A stretch of 64,000 nt of DNA from Leptolyngbyaceae cyanobacterium (GCA_965263355.1 CBDHHL010000056.1:1856001-1920000), one strand, 5' to 3'; shown: positions 41,462 through 51,064, counted from the first letter of the stretch. Notes: generated by a model from the sequence alone, not told the origin. Program-made: numbers and translations.

Positions 41462-41884
41462 TTAAGCCATCTGACGCATCTCATCTTCCAACTGCTGCAG
41501 TAAATTTACATTGCCTTGCTCACGGGCTACCGCAATACGATGTTCTAAAGAGCGTTGAATGCTCTCACTATGACTGCGGGCTGCTTCTTGCAATAATTGG
41601 CGACGTTCATCCATCAAAGGTGTGAGTTCTGCCAGCTTACGCTGAAATGCTGAAAAGACTGACTTGCTCTCAGCTTGAGCAACAGTCTGACATTGGCCAT
41701 GGCGATTAGTTTGATAAGCTGCACCACGATAAATTAACTGAGCTTGAGCCTGGGGAAAAGGTACATGGCGCACATACGTGTAACGATGCTGACGGCCACG
41801 ATACTTGCAAAGGACATCGCTTTCAGCAACCTCTAACATAGGCGGATTATGGTCGTATTCGACACCACGATAAGTAAGCTTCAT
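41462..41884 (-). CDS. Two DUF4278-like repeats fused to a PirA-like C-terminal domain
   Basis: MKLTYRGVEY..CKYRG and LIYRGAAY repeats; C-terminal H..SIQRSLEHRIAVAREQGN..LLQQLE.E; ATG 41884 has a GGAGAAG RBS, and the upstream in-frame TTG lies inside the riboswitch. Confidence 0.8.
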   Translation of the reverse strand: MKLTYRGVEYDHNPPMLEVAESDVLCKYRGRQHRYTYVRHVPFPQAQAQLIYRGAAYQTNRHGQCQTVAQAESKSVFSAFQRKLAELTPLMDERRQLLQEAARSHSESIQRSLEHRIAVAREQGNVNLLQQLEDEMRQMA

Positions 41885-41920
41885 AAGTGTGTCTTCTCCT
41901 GAATGAGCACTGGTGTTAGT

Positions 41921-42024
41921 GCGTTCCTTCGGGCAGACCAATACATCCTATGGGACAATAGCAGTATGAGCTACCCTACTTCCGTCTCATCGTCGAACGG
42001 GTGACGAGTTTGTGGAGATGAACG
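41921..42024 (-). ncRNA. Glutamine-I riboswitch (glnA RNA motif)
   Basis: Minus strand CGTTCATCTC ... GAGACGGAAGTAGGG ... CCCGAAGGAACGC: P1 CGTTC/GAACG, P2 TCTC/GAGA, P3 GGGTAG/CTGCCC; directly 5' of a DUF4278 gene. Confidence 0.88.
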
Positions 42025-42035
42025 AGAGTTTTTCT

Positions 42036-42049
42036 GTATCTATTTTTAC
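42036..42049. promoter_or_regulatory. NtcA box in repressor-like position
   Basis: GTATCTATTTTTAC (GTA-N8-TAC), 11 bp upstream of the riboswitch and overlapping a minus-strand TAAAAAT -10-like element. Confidence 0.7.
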
Positions 42050-42354
42050 CGTTTAAGACTTAAGTCTGCAACTCCTGATATTTCTATCTAGAAAGTCTCA
42101 ACAGTATATTTATCAGGTGATTCTAGAATATAGAAAATTTCTATGACTCAATGTTGTGTCAAAACTTCATGACGTTTAGAGCTACTACTCAGAGATTGGG
42201 GGACAGCATATGAGCACGCCTAAAGTTTCTAAACGCTTTCCCCAAAGAAGCTAAATCAGTAAACTTTGACCAGCAATATTCTCGTCAATGGTCTATGCTG
42301 AGAGAAAATATGTTAGCAAAAATTTACATTTGATTTACTGTTTTTGGTAAGGCT

Positions 42355-43245
42355 ATGAAATGTACCATTAACCGTCGGGCGCAGTTTTCCGCTAGCCATC
42401 GATACTGGTTGCCCGAGCTGAGTGATACTGAAAATCAGAATAGGTTTGGTCTATGCACTCGCGCTCCGGGGCATGGTCACAACTATGAGCTATTCGTCTC
42501 GATGGCAGGAGAATTAGACGAGTATGGCATGGTGCTTAACCTGTCTGATGTCAAAAAAGTCATCAAGCGTGAGGTGACTGGCCAGCTGGATTTTTCTTAC
42601 TTGAATGATGTTTGGCCCGAGTTTCAAATTGATTACCCCGAGGCAGGACTACCAACGACCGAGAATATTGCTCGCGTTATCTGGCAGCGTTTGGCATCCC
42701 ACTTACCCATTACCAACATTCAACTATTTGAAACCTCCTCACTCTGGGCCGATTACAAAGGAAACGCCATGGAAGCTTATTTGACCATCTCCACCCATTT
42801 TAGTGCTGCCCATCGTTTGGCACTACCTACATTGACGCTAGAGCAAAACAGCGAAATCTATGGTCTCTGCGCTCGCGTTAATGGCCATGGCCATAACTAT
42901 CACCTGGAAGTGACCATCAAAGGTGAGATTGACCCACGAACGGGAATGATTGCTGACCTAGTAGAATTTCAGAATGCAGTGAAAACCCATGTGGTAACCC
43001 CCTTTGACCATACATTTCTGAATAAGGATATTCCCTATTTTTCTGAAGTGGTCCCCACTGCAGAAAATATCGCAGTATACATTCGCGACCTGCTACGGGA
43101 ACCGATCAGAGAAATTGGTGCAACCCTTCATAGGGTTAAACTGATTGAAAGTCCTAACAATTCAGCAGAAGTCTATTGCGAAGAAGCATCTGAAACGGTA
43201 CCAGCGACTACGGAGACAAGTTCTGAACTAGCAGCTATTGTTTGA
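42355..43245 (+). CDS. queD: Tandem-domain 6-carboxytetrahydropterin / 6-pyruvoyl-tetrahydropterin synthase
   Basis: Two repeats of FSA.HR ... C...GHGHNY ... D..LN ... PT.EN.A ... E. Confidence 0.9.
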   Translation: MKCTINRRAQFSASHRYWLPELSDTENQNRFGLCTRAPGHGHNYELFVSMAGELDEYGMVLNLSDVKKVIKREVTGQLDFSYLNDVWPEFQIDYPEAGLPTTENIARVIWQRLASHLPITNIQLFETSSLWADYKGNAMEAYLTISTHFSAAHRLALPTLTLEQNSEIYGLCARVNGHGHNYHLEVTIKGEIDPRTGMIADLVEFQNAVKTHVVTPFDHTFLNKDIPYFSEVVPTAENIAVYIRDLLREPIREIGATLHRVKLIESPNNSAEVYCEEASETVPATTETSSELAAIV

Positions 43246-43434
43246 GCTTAAATAGCAGCTGCCAGTCACTTTCTTCTCTGACGAGGATGAGTTTTAGGGA
43301 TAGGGTTACTACTAACACTAGAGGCTCTAAACTTTTTTCCAGTCCTCCGAACCAACCTTCTCAAACGAGAATTGTCATAAATTTTTCGCTTTATGAGCTT
43401 TCCTAAAACAAATCGTAAAGATAAGATTTTTTTC

Positions 43435-44196
43435 TTAAAATACACGAAGGCTGGCCATTAAATTTGGCTCCTTTAAAGAATGAAGTAGCAACGACGCAAC
43501 TACATTTTCAGGCCAAATGCGTATTTTATCTTCGCTACCTAGGCATCTAAGTGAGTTATCAAAATCATGGGAATTGCCATGGGCAATATTACTTCTAAAT
43601 TGGTAGAGTCTTTCAATAATCGTTTCAATTTTACAGCTTGAATCACTCGTTAAATCACTTCGAAGATCTAGCTTAGGTTGGCATCTATTAGAAAGCAGCT
43701 TAAGCTTTTTCTTAATCTGCCAAACTATAGAAGCACTTTCTTTATTTTTAACTTCTTCTGCAGAAGTTAGTAAACATTCAATAATTGCAAACTGCCCTAG
43801 GATATCAAGTTCAGAAATATTAGGAACCTATTGCAATTGGGGTACCAACTTAAAGCGGGAAATTTTACCAAGGATAGATGTCAGAAGTCAGGAGCCAGAA
43901 GCCATATCCCTTCTCCATTCTGGCTCCTGGATTCTAGATTCCTAGTTAACCAGAATTTCCCGGCTTGAGTGGATACCCTGCAATTGCTCCCATAGCTTAA
44001 AGCCCCTATCAATAAAGTCATACTTCTCAAAAGTACAATTCTTAATCAGAGTAAGATTTTCTCGAATAAGATTTACGTTTACGTTGGTAATATTTGAGCC
44101 TCTATTTCTTAATCTCCATCCATAATCACTGAATTTAATGAGGTGTGCGCTTGAGAATAAACAGCTTGTCAGCAATTCTAATCTAATGCACCTCAT
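43435..44196 (-). pseudogene. HEPN-domain gene disrupted by a MITE and an in-frame TAG
   Basis: Manual translation of 43827->43435 gives VPNISELDILGQFAIIECLLT...IERLYQFRSNIAHGN...; it is in frame with ORF 44196->43979; RxxxxH motif at 43579-43596; TAG at 43828-43830. Confidence 0.7.
43840..43978. mobile_element. 139-bp MITE with 25-bp imperfect terminal inverted repeats and 8-bp target-site duplication
   Basis: Left end GGGTACCAACTTAAAGCGGGAAATT vs right-end reverse complement GGGTATCCACTCAAGCCGGGAAATT (20/25); flanking TGCAATTG at 43832-43839 and 43979-43986; internal heptamer repeats. Confidence 0.85.
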
Positions 44197-44274
44197 TTGA
44201 GTAGAAACTGCTTGCTATGACTCTAAGTAAAAATGTAGCAAGGGTGATTGAAATAACTTAATTAATTTGAATTT

Positions 44275-44907
44275 TTAGGAGGCGATCGCAACTCCGCCCT
44301 CAGCAATGATTTGACCTAACCGCCGCAAAATCTTGAGCACATCATAAAGCTCATTTTGCTGCCGTTCCAAAGTTAACTTGTCTGACAAGCTATAACCACA
44401 TTGCTTAAGTTTGACGAATTGAAAATCATTGCCATTCGTCAAAAACCCAAATATTGGTTGACTAGGGCTGTTCACCATGTAGGTCAAAGCCTGAGGCAAC
44501 GCCGCACTTAAGCTCAACTGTTTTCGTTTAGTCTCAATTACCGCTACCCAAAGCTGTTGCTGCAGCACTAAAACATCTAAACGACCTTTAACGATTTCGT
44601 CCGTATCATTCACTGCTAGCTCAATTTGCACCTCGGCCTTTGGATAGAATGGCTGCCGAAAAAATCCGGCTAACGACATCAATGGCGCAAGCACAGTCAG
44701 TTTGACGATTTCCTCGTGTAGTGGGTACTCCTCCAACCCAAGAAAATCCGACTTCACTCGATCCAGCCATTCCTGCTCAGCTTCTCGCAGCTCAGGTAGA
44801 TCCCGTTTCCATTCATGGAAAAAATTAGGTTCGATTACAAGCTGCAATCCGAAGCGTGTTTTGACATCGTGAAGTGTCAACTGATGCGCTTGTAATACAG
44901 TAGCCAT
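44275..44907 (-). CDS. PD-(D/E)xK nuclease-like protein (HsdR N-terminal-like family common in cyanobacteria)
   Basis: GRLDVLVL...LWVAVIETKR, PQALTYM, GFLTNGNDFQFVKL; ATG 44907 preferred. Confidence 0.8.
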   Translation of the reverse strand: MATVLQAHQLTLHDVKTRFGLQLVIEPNFFHEWKRDLPELREAEQEWLDRVKSDFLGLEEYPLHEEIVKLTVLAPLMSLAGFFRQPFYPKAEVQIELAVNDTDEIVKGRLDVLVLQQQLWVAVIETKRKQLSLSAALPQALTYMVNSPSQPIFGFLTNGNDFQFVKLKQCGYSLSDKLTLERQQNELYDVLKILRRLGQIIAEGGVAIAS

Positions 44908-44981
44908 AATGATTAAGCGCACTATCCTGACATCAGAATAGTGTTTCTATGGTAATGCAGTTCACTATTTAGCCGCCAAGC

Positions 44982-45536
44982 TTATTGTTTCATCGGTACA
45001 GTTACTCGTTTACGTAAGGATTGTGCCCGGCGTTTGGCTGTTGCATTGTCTGGCTCAATTTTGAGTGCCTGATCGTAACTTTCTAGTGCTTGGACAGTCA
45101 GCTGTTTTTTCTCATAGCTGTGACCCAAGTTATTGAGAGCAGTTACATAGCCTGGAGCGATTTTCAATGCGGATTTGTACTGACGAATTGCCAGGTCAAA
45201 TTGCCCCTGAGCAAAGTAGGAATAACCTAGAGCGTTATAAATCAATGGGCCATTCTCAGCCTCTTCCTCATCGGTCAAGGCCTTTAGAGCTTGCTGTAAA
45301 TAAAGGACAGCTTGGGAGAAAAGCTTTTTATCGAGTAGCAGGCTACCTAGCTCATAATACTCTTGGGCAGTTCCTTTTTCTTTAGTTAGCTTCTTCTGCA
45401 GACGGCCCAGAGTCGTCTCAATGCGGCGAGTCTTAAATACCTGGCGAATGATAAAAAAGGCAGTAATCCCTAGCAAGGCGATGAGGATGCCCAGGTATGT
45501 CAAAAATAGGGTGCTATTTTCCATGAACTCGCTCAA
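44982..45536 (-). CDS. ycf37: Ycf37/Pyg7-like TPR membrane protein (photosystem I assembly)
   Basis: N-terminal TM followed by RQVFKTRR.E and three TPRs (YYELGS, YNALGY, ALNNLGH). Confidence 0.8.
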   Translation of the reverse strand: MSEFMENSTLFLTYLGILIALLGITAFFIIRQVFKTRRIETTLGRLQKKLTKEKGTAQEYYELGSLLLDKKLFSQAVLYLQQALKALTDEEEAENGPLIYNALGYSYFAQGQFDLAIRQYKSALKIAPGYVTALNNLGHSYEKKQLTVQALESYDQALKIEPDNATAKRRAQSLRKRVTVPMKQ

Positions 45537-45583
45537 TCAGTGAATGCGTACGGCAGTGGTCTACATTTATTCTCCCATGGTAG

Positions 45584-46366
45584 CTACCGTAACCCCCAAT
45601 AAGCAGCTCGATCTTGTAACCAACCTTCGTTATCCCACTGACGGAGGGCATGATTAATCGCCCGACGTAAATCACTGTATTGAGTCCCTTTTGGAATAGC
45701 TATCGCAACCGGTTCTACAGAAATCACTGCATCTAACAATCGGTAACGATTGTCCTGCTGCTGCCACCCAGTCAACAACGATACATCACCCGCAAACGCA
45801 TCTGCCTGATCGGTATTTAAAGCAGTAATCGCCTCCTGATAGGAGGACACTGTCAATAAACTTGCCTCAGGCAGTTGATAACGTACATGGGCCAGGGTAC
45901 TGGAATCGGCCAAGACTGCAATGCGACCCAGGGTAAGGTCATCTAGGGTTTGACTCTGGGCTGCTATGGTAATAAATCCAGTGCCATCTAAGTAATAAGG
46001 GTCACTAAAGCTAGCAATGCGTTGACGCTGAGAGGTAACGGTGATGGCTGCGATCGCAATATCCACCTCCCCATCAACCACCACGTTTATCCGATCCACA
46101 TTCTTCACTGGGCGAAATTCTATAGCGGTCTCATCCCCAAGTAAATCGTGGGCGAGTCGACGAGCAATATCAATTTCAAACCCATGGAGTTTGCCAACAG
46201 CATCGCGATAGCCCAACGGAAAACGATTATCCTTAACCGCCACAATCAATCGACCGCGAGCCTCAATTTCTGCTAATTCAGCAGATACAACAACTGAGGG
46301 TACAGCCACCTGCACCCCCAAGAATAAACCTATGCCTAACAGATTGTGCCAAAGACATCGCCTCAT
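45584..46366 (-). CDS. Amino-acid ABC-type extracellular solute-binding protein (family 3)
   Basis: Signal peptide, RGRLIVAV, GFEIDIA, GEVDIAIA.IT.T..R, FSDPYY. Confidence 0.88.
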   Translation of the reverse strand: MRRCLWHNLLGIGLFLGVQVAVPSVVVSAELAEIEARGRLIVAVKDNRFPLGYRDAVGKLHGFEIDIARRLAHDLLGDETAIEFRPVKNVDRINVVVDGEVDIAIAAITVTSQRQRIASFSDPYYLDGTGFITIAAQSQTLDDLTLGRIAVLADSSTLAHVRYQLPEASLLTVSSYQEAITALNTDQADAFAGDVSLLTGWQQQDNRYRLLDAVISVEPVAIAIPKGTQYSDLRRAINHALRQWDNEGWLQDRAAYWGLR

Positions 46367-46375
46367 GGGGCGATA

Positions 46376-46729
46376 TTAGCCTTTCTTGCCAGCTAGCTCA
46401 ACTACTTTAGTAAACGTATCTGGATCTAAAACCGCCATTTGAGCCAACATTTTACGGTTAATCTCAATATTTGCAGTTTTTAGGTCACCAATCAAACGGC
46501 TGTAGGTAGTGCCATTAAGACGGGCAGCTGCATTAATACGAGTGATCCACAACCGACGAAAATCGCGCTTCTTATTACGACGATCACGGTAAGCATACCG
46601 CAAGGCTTTCATTACCTGCTGGTTTGCAGTTCGGAAGAGTTTAGAATGGGCTCCCCGATAACCCTTCGCAAGCTTGAGAATTTTCTTACGGCGCTTGCGA
46701 GCTACATTGCCGCGTTTTACACGTGCCAT
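46376..46729 (-). CDS. rplT: 50S ribosomal protein L20
   Basis: [35 protein letters not shown]. Confidence 0.98.
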   Translation of the reverse strand: MARVKRGNVARKRRKKILKLAKGYRGAHSKLFRTANQQVMKALRYAYRDRRNKKRDFRRLWITRINAAARLNGTTYSRLIGDLKTANIEINRKMLAQMAVLDPDTFTKVVELAGKKG

Positions 46730-46789
46730 ATCAGGTCGTTAATAGCTAAAAAACAATTGAATGGTTGCAAGAGCATTGCCTGCAACGCC

Positions 46790-46987
46790 TTACAAATAGG
46801 GCATCATCCCTTCAATGTTGGGGATATCAGGATCGACCACAACAGCCTTTTTGGACAAACGGCTCTTGCGGCAACTTGACTTGTGCTGCAGCAAATGGTT
46901 CTTAAACGCCTTGCGACGCATAATTTTACCGCTTCCACTACGGCGGAAACGCTTGGCCGCAGCCCGACGGGTCTTAAGCTTAGGCAT
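46790..46987 (-). CDS. rpmI: 50S ribosomal protein L35
   Basis: [14 protein letters not shown], upstream of rplT. Confidence 0.98.
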   Translation of the reverse strand: MPKLKTRRAAAKRFRRSGSGKIMRRKAFKNHLLQHKSSCRKSRLSKKAVVVDPDIPNIEGMMPYL

Positions 46988-47143
46988 GGTTTTGCGTTTT
47001 ATAAACGTTTTACACGGTCTACCAGTCTACTACGTCTACAAGCCATGCTTCAAGAGTTCAGCTAAAATCATCCGAATAAGCAGCCATGTCTGTAAAAAAC
47101 GAATTAGGGTAGACGCAATCGCAATATAGATAAGGACACTGCC

Positions 47144-47692
47144 ATGCGGCTAATTATTTTAGGAGGCCCAGGGTCGGGGAAAGGGACTCAATCTAAAAAA
47201 CTCAGCGATCATTTTGGTATTCCCTCGATTTCTACTGGTGATGTACTGAGGGCAGAAATCGCCGCTGACTCCAAACTGGGCCAAGAGGTGTCAGAAACCC
47301 TGGCAAAAGGTGAACTCGTTTCCGACACGTTGATGATCAATTTTATTAAAGAGCGTCTGCAACAGCCCGATGCAACCCATGGTTGGATTCTAGATGGCTA
47401 TCCTCGCACGGCTTTTCAAGCTGAAGAACTAGACTTTTTTCTAGAGGCTTTGAATACTCGCGTCAATTATGCAGTTTGGATTGAATTACCGACTCATATC
47501 CTAATTGAACGTTCTGAGCATCGAGCAGCCATAGATGACAATCCTGATGCCCTACGCCGCCGAATTGAAACCTTGGCTGAAATAACCATTCCTATGCTCG
47601 AATATTATGACTATAGGCAAAGACTATTACGTATTGATGGCAATCAACCGCCTGATGATGTCAAACGAGACATTTTGGCAGGGATTGGCTAA
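47144..47692 (+). CDS. adk: Adenylate kinase (short form; probably a second paralogue)
   Basis: GGPGSGKGTQ, ISTGDVLR, GELVSD, WILDGYPRT. Confidence 0.88.
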   Translation: MRLIILGGPGSGKGTQSKKLSDHFGIPSISTGDVLRAEIAADSKLGQEVSETLAKGELVSDTLMINFIKERLQQPDATHGWILDGYPRTAFQAEELDFFLEALNTRVNYAVWIELPTHILIERSEHRAAIDDNPDALRRRIETLAEITIPMLEYYDYRQRLLRIDGNQPPDDVKRDILAGIG

Positions 47693-47773
47693 TGCAGTGG
47701 ATCGATTCTTTACTATTGTCTGCCCCCAACCTCTGGCACAATAGCTCTGATCGATTTCGTCTGAGAAAGACCT

Positions 47774-48523
47774 ATGACTCTCCACCCGAACCTTCATGCT
47801 GCCTTTTCTCAAGGACATGCACTTAAAATTATTAGTGGCTTGACTAACTTTGATGCAGCAAACGTTTTGGCTGTGGCCAAGGCTGCTCAGCAAGGAGGTG
47901 CCACATTTATTGATATCGCAGCAGATGCTGAGCTTGTACGGCAGGTCAGTGAGCACATCAACTTACCCATATGTGTTTCAGCTATTGACCCTCAGGCGTT
48001 TCTCGCCCCCGTTGCAGCTGGTGCTACTCTGATCGAAATTGGCAACTTTGATGCGTTCTATACCCAAGGTTTAAACTTTAGTGCTAGTGACGTGTTGACA
48101 TTAACTCAACAGACCCGTGAGCTTTTGCCCTACATCACGCTATCGGTGACAGTGCCCCACACATTGCCCATAGACGAACAGATACATCTGGCTGAAACCC
48201 TTGTAGTTATGGGAGCGGATATTATTCAAACCGAAGGGGGGACCAGTAGCCAACCCACCCATCCTGGTCATATTGGATTAATTGAAAAAGCAACACCTAC
48301 CTTGGCTGCAGCCCATGCTATTTCTCGGGCTGTGAGCATTCCTGTGCTTTGTGCATCAGGCATTTCTAATGTAACAGCCCCCATGGCAATTGCAGCCGGT
48401 GCTGCTGGTGTGGGCGTGGGCTCTGCTGTAAATAAGCTCAATAACGAAATTGCTATGATTGCAGCCGTTCGTAGTCTACGGGAAGCATTACATTCGGTGA
48501 CTCGTTCAATAGAAAGAGTATAA
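47774..48523 (+). CDS. ycf23: DUF561/Ycf23-family protein
   Basis: LKIISGL.NFD, GGATFIDIA, EIGNFD.FY, IQTEGG, GVGVGSAVN. Confidence 0.85.
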   Translation: MTLHPNLHAAFSQGHALKIISGLTNFDAANVLAVAKAAQQGGATFIDIAADAELVRQVSEHINLPICVSAIDPQAFLAPVAAGATLIEIGNFDAFYTQGLNFSASDVLTLTQQTRELLPYITLSVTVPHTLPIDEQIHLAETLVVMGADIIQTEGGTSSQPTHPGHIGLIEKATPTLAAAHAISRAVSIPVLCASGISNVTAPMAIAAGAAGVGVGSAVNKLNNEIAMIAAVRSLREALHSVTRSIERV

Positions 48524-48529
48524 ACCTGG

Positions 48530-48573
48530 CTATTCAGAACAAGAGAGACAGGCAAACTTTCTTGTTCTGAATA
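48530..48573. terminator. Inverted repeat after ycf23
   Basis: CTATTCAGAACAAGA ... TCTTGTTCTGAATAG. Confidence 0.55.
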
Positions 48574-48635
48574 GGATGATCGCTTCAGACTAGGGATGCT
48601 ACGAGCCTTTTGCTCACTACTACGCCATAAAAATC

Positions 48636-49067
48636 ATGGGAAAACTACATATTCGCCCTATTTCCCTTGGATTAATCCAGCATCAAGGCCATATTTTTGT
48701 TAGTAAAGGTCACGACATCGTTAAAGATAAAACGTTTTACCGTTTTCTAGGGGGTGGCATTGACTTTGGCGAAACGGGCCTCAATGCCCTTAAACGAGAA
48801 TTTCGAGAAGAAATCCAAGCAGATCTCACTAATATTGAATACGTTACTTGCTTGGAAAATATATTTATCTGTAATGGCAAACCTGGCCATGAACTAATCC
48901 AGTTGTTTCGTTGCGATTTTGTAGATCCAGATTTTTATCGGTTGGACCATATCTATCCATTGGTAGAAGGCAAGAAAACCCACGATGCTATCTGGATATC
49001 GATAGAGCAAGTACGTTCAGGTGTACTCACTTTAGTGCCTGAGAATTGCCATCCTTACATTGATTAA
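48636..49067 (+). CDS. NUDIX hydrolase
   Basis: GGGIDFGET..NALKREFREE Nudix box. Confidence 0.88.
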   Translation: MGKLHIRPISLGLIQHQGHIFVSKGHDIVKDKTFYRFLGGGIDFGETGLNALKREFREEIQADLTNIEYVTCLENIFICNGKPGHELIQLFRCDFVDPDFYRLDHIYPLVEGKKTHDAIWISIEQVRSGVLTLVPENCHPYID

Positions 49068-49078
49068 GCTATTACGCA

Positions 49079-49924
49079 TTACATGGCCCGCCGTAGCATG
49101 GTTACGATTGCACGGTTTCCCTGGGACTGGGCCAAACTTAATGCACTCACACCTCGCTGACTGACCTGGGGGTTTGCTCCATAGTTCAATAACAATCTGA
49201 CCAAATCTGCATTACCGACTTCCACCGCACGATACAACGGTGTCGCTTGATCAGGATTAGCATCACCTTCCAACAATAATCGAGCAATAGCTAAATTTCC
49301 TGTTTCCACAGCCTTGTACAAAGGGGTAATGCCAGCAACCTGAGCATTGGCGTTTGCACCACCTTGGAGCAATAGTCTAACGATCTCAATGTTGCCTATT
49401 TCAGTCGCACGGTAAAGCAAGGGCACACCATAGTTAGTGCGGCGATCAGGCGAAGCTCCAGCGTTGATCAAAATTCGCACAAGCTCTAGATTACCCATGT
49501 CAACGGCTCTGCCCAAAGGGGTTTGCCCGCCAGCACTAACGACATCTACGTCAGCCCCATTAGCGACTAAGAGTTGAACCATGGCTTGATTACCATGCTC
49601 GGTTGCGATCGCAATTGGATAGCCTAAATAGCGATTCCCAGCATCCACATTAGCCCCTTGGCTTAGGAATCGTTCAGCTTGCTGTATATGCCCCCTGCGG
49701 ACAGCCTCAAGCAGTTGCTGGTCAACGGATGGCAGCCCAGCATGCAGAGACTCACTCTGTGCGGCAGACTCAGATAGAACCGACGTAATATGCTCTAATT
49801 GCGTTTGGACAAGTTTAGGATTAAGTACACCTATGGCTAGTAGAGCACTAGCCAATTGCAAGATAGACGTGCTTTTCACCATGGATTCGAACGGCAACGT
49901 ACTTACACAGTCCATAAATGCCAT
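49079..49924 (-). CDS. Ankyrin-repeat protein
   Basis: About six TPL..A...GN..IV.LLL..GA.. repeats after an N-terminal hydrophobic segment. Confidence 0.9.
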   Translation of the reverse strand: MAFMDCVSTLPFESMVKSTSILQLASALLAIGVLNPKLVQTQLEHITSVLSESAAQSESLHAGLPSVDQQLLEAVRRGHIQQAERFLSQGANVDAGNRYLGYPIAIATEHGNQAMVQLLVANGADVDVVSAGGQTPLGRAVDMGNLELVRILINAGASPDRRTNYGVPLLYRATEIGNIEIVRLLLQGGANANAQVAGITPLYKAVETGNLAIARLLLEGDANPDQATPLYRAVEVGNADLVRLLLNYGANPQVSQRGVSALSLAQSQGNRAIVTMLRRAM

Positions 49925-49993
49925 TCTAAAGTTTCCATTGATGAAAAAAGGTGACTAACCTTCATCCTCTCCTTATCGATATAAGAATATCAG

Positions 49994-50035
49994 TCAAAAA
50001 TAGGAGAGGCCTCTAAAAACCTCTCCTATTTTTGA
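49994..50035 (-). terminator. Terminator downstream of prs
   Basis: TCAAAAATAGGAGAGG ... CCTCTCCTATTTTTGA, 16-bp arms. Confidence 0.75.
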
Positions 50036-50071
50036 ACTAATACCATTAGTTTTAGAGCTGTTTGCTAAATC

Positions 50072-51064
50072 TTAGCGAAACATGCTACTCACAGAACTTT
50101 CCTCATGAATACGCCAGATAGTTTCCCCTAGCAAGTTAGCAATTGTTAAAGTGGTCAACTGTGAAAACCGACGCTCAGGTGAAACAGGGATTGTATTCGT
50201 TACAATTACCTCTTCAAACAATCCACTGGATAGTCGCTCTATAGCCGGGGGAGAAAAGACTGCATGGGTAGCACAAGCATAGACTTGACGGGCACCTTGG
50301 GCCCGCAACAGCCTTGCTCCTTCAGTAATCGTCCCGCCAGTATCGATCATATCGTCTACCAACACGGCAGTTTTACCCTCGACATCGCCAATCAAATTCA
50401 TGACTTCAGCGACATTATGGGCCTGACGACGTTTGTCAATAATAGCCAAGGGAGCATCATTCAGACGCTTGGCAATGGCCCGTGCTCGCGCGACCCCTCC
50501 CACATCAGGTGACACCACCACTAAATCACTGAGACATTTGCTAGCGAGGTAATCGACTAACACTGGAGCCCCGTAGATGTGGTCACAGGGAATATCAAAA
50601 TACCCTTGAATCTGAGAGGAATGTAAGTCCATTGCCAGTACGCGATTAGCGCCTGCTTTAGTAATCAAGTTGGCTACTAACTTAGCGGTAATCGATTCAC
50701 GTCCAGCGGTTTTACGATCAGCACGAGCGTACCCATAGTAAGGAATTACCGCTGTAATCTGACGCGCAGATGCCCGCCGACAGGCATCAATCATGATGAG
50801 TAATTCCATCAAATGATCATTTACAGGTCGACAGGTAGGCTGAATCAAATAGACATCACATCCACGGATTGACTCTTGAATCTGAACATACAGTTCACCA
50901 TCGGCAAACTGTTTACGAACCATAGGACCTAAATCAATTCCAAGGTAACGAGCCACCTCTCTAGAAAGGGCTGGATTCGATGAGCCTGAAAATAACTTTA
51001 GGCGACTATTGTCTTCTAAACTGGGTAAGGTGGGTTTAGCAGGCAGTGTTGCAGAGCTGATCAC
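50072..51064 (-). CDS. prs: Ribose-phosphate pyrophosphokinase
   Basis: FADGE, PYYGYARADRK, DLHS.QIQGYFD, VSPDVGG, VDDMIDTGGT. Confidence 0.97.
   Translation of the reverse strand: MISSATLPAKPTLPSLEDNSRLKLFSGSSNPALSREVARYLGIDLGPMVRKQFADGELYVQIQESIRGCDVYLIQPTCRPVNDHLMELLIMIDACRRASARQITAVIPYYGYARADRKTAGRESITAKLVANLITKAGANRVLAMDLHSSQIQGYFDIPCDHIYGAPVLVDYLASKCLSDLVVVSPDVGGVARARAIAKRLNDAPLAIIDKRRQAHNVAEVMNLIGDVEGKTAVLVDDMIDTGGTITEGARLLRAQGARQVYACATHAVFSPPAIERLSSGLFEEVIVTNTIPVSPERRFSQLTTLTIANLLGETIWRIHEESSVSSMFR

Noticed and set aside
41885..41941. 19-codon N-terminal extension of the DUF4278 ORF given in the track
   Set aside because: The TTG start lies inside the riboswitch; ATG 41884 has a good RBS and the family-typical MKLTYRG start
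43942..44196. Stand-alone 84-aa gene
   Set aside because: Its last residues and stop come from the MITE; it is the 5' part of the HEPN pseudogene
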